A stretch of DNA of 64,000 bases from the human T2T-CHM13v2.0 reference genome, Homo sapiens. The DNA lies in assembly GCF_009914755.1 (NCBI RefSeq), contig NC_060938.1; one strand, 5' to 3'. Shown here one piece after another: positions 62,700 through 64,000 of the stretch; position 1 is the stretch's first letter, and the number at the start of each line of letters is the position of its first letter. Both the position numbers and the translations under genes were made by a program. The notes beneath the pieces are model-generated. The model saw only the letters and a program-made list of their open reading frames with translations. It was not told the DNA's origin and did no database searches.

Positions 62700-62940
62700 A
62701 GGAATAATAATGCTAATGTTATTAAGTGCTCGAGTTAGTGTGTGCTAAGTGCTTTACTTGAACTAACTCATTCCATTTTCAACAGTCCTGTGATCTTGTT
62801 TTTGAAGAGGAGAAGGAAGCTGAGGTAGAGAGAGGTTAAGAGGTTAAGAACTAGTCCCAGGTTACCCAGCTCCTAAGTGGCCAGGATTTGACCCTTTGTA
62901 GTATGGCTGTGAGCCTGCCCTTTGACCCACCATACTGTGC
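62700..62940 (-). mobile_element. MIR
   Basis: gtgctaagtgctttac...gagaggttaag...ccaggatttgaccc. Confidence 0.7.
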
Positions 62941-63155
62941 TGAAGCATAGACCTCCAGAACCCATTGACTGTTTTGGAGCAGGGATAAACTCTGAAGAAA
63001 GTGATATTTAGGAGAGGATGTGCTGGATAGAAGGCATGCGGGGAAAAGCTGGGGGAATCTGCGGCTCTCTCTGCAGGGCATTCAGTTAGCATGCTCCACC
63101 TCCCACGAAATGCAGGGGAAAAGAGGCTCTCAGCCACATATCAATCAGATGGGAT

Positions 63156-63841
63156 TGTCAGCTGCAGAATGATGAGGTTTATACATTTGGAAAGGAGAGC
63201 TTTATTTCTCATAAAGGGTTGCAGCCTGCAGGTGGCTATTCTGACAGGCTGGAAAACACAGCCTTTGGCCAGAAGCCAGAAACAGATACTTCAAGGGAGG
63301 GGCAAAGGGAGCAGAAATTTATGCTGAGTGGGGTGGCTGAAATACATATTTAATAAGCTGTAGGAGGAGTTATAAATATGAAAGGAAAAACATACACATG
63401 CACAATTGAACTTCATGCCTCTCCATGGGTCGTATGTTCAACAAATGACTGTGTTAGCATGATCTGAGGGTAGAATTTTCAGCCCTCTGGCATCAAAGGT
63501 GAAGCATTGGACACAAAAATCCTCAGTGTACATCCTCTGTAGACTGGCCAGAACCACTCTGTGGTCAGAAGGAATGCTGGTCATTTGTGTCAAAGGCACT
63601 AAATGGGAGGGGCAGTCATGGGGTTGGTTGAAATCAATGGTGGGGCAAGCCTTTCCCAAGGACTAGTTTCTGTTTAACCCTTAGGAAAGAAAAGCAAGGG
63701 AGGAGGTATAACTAGGCCTGTCCAAACTCCCATCCAATCATGGCTCGGAACTCAGTTTTCAAGGTTTCTCTGTGGTCCCCTTGGCCAAGAGGGGGCCTGT
63801 TCAGTCAGCTGCAGAGCTTAGGATTTTATTTTTATTTCTCA
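63156..63841 (-). mobile_element. MER39-family solo LTR (ERV1)
   Basis: Minus strand begins TGAGAAATAAAAATAAAATCCTAAG...CCCCTCTTGGCCAAGGGGACC; TG...CA ends; 4-bp TSD gg(a/t)t. Confidence 0.8.
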
Positions 63842-64000
63842 GGTTCATCTGCCCTCTTCTGGGTGTGACTATGGAAGAGCTGTCTTTCCTTTTCATATGC
63901 CCCGCGTCAGAATTCTTGTTCCTTTATCTGAGTGGCAGGGAAATGGAAAGGACCGGAGTCAGGATGGCTGGGAGTGACAGCTATTGCCAGGTCCAATTAA

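Overview
This is human (primate) genomic DNA. The first ~18.3 kb holds one complete protein-coding gene on the + strand, TMX1 (thioredoxin-related transmembrane protein 1; chr14q22 from prior knowledge). It has a CpG-island promoter, 8 coding exons with GT-AG introns (763-914, 4326-4441, 5783-5828, 7562-7690, 9796-9841, 9937-10038, 10162-10234, 15117-15295; 843 nt = 280 aa + TAG) and a long AU-rich 3'UTR with several poly(A) signals. Intron 7 contains an apparently unmutated AluYa5 and an antisense RNY4 retropseudogene. The remaining ~46 kb is intergenic and dominated by transposon fossils: Alu, L1M, L2, MIR, MER21/MER51/MER39/MLT/LTR16-type LTRs, Charlie3, MER5/20/30/58 and a decayed LTR-retroelement pol region. 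No second gene, CRISPR array, tRNA or rRNA is supported, and I cannot claim a new biological system. The best unexplained signal is a pair of ungapped 67-bp inverted arms (55143-55209 and 56450-56516) that I do not recognise as a repeat; their transitions are skewed to G-U pairs on the + strand. Other notable items are templated DNA-repair scars inside Alus, a frameshifting tandem splice donor in TMX1, and an in-frame Alu-flanked exon 2-4 module. Repeat family names come from recall of consensus sequences, not from a database search, and boundaries of old repeats are approximate.
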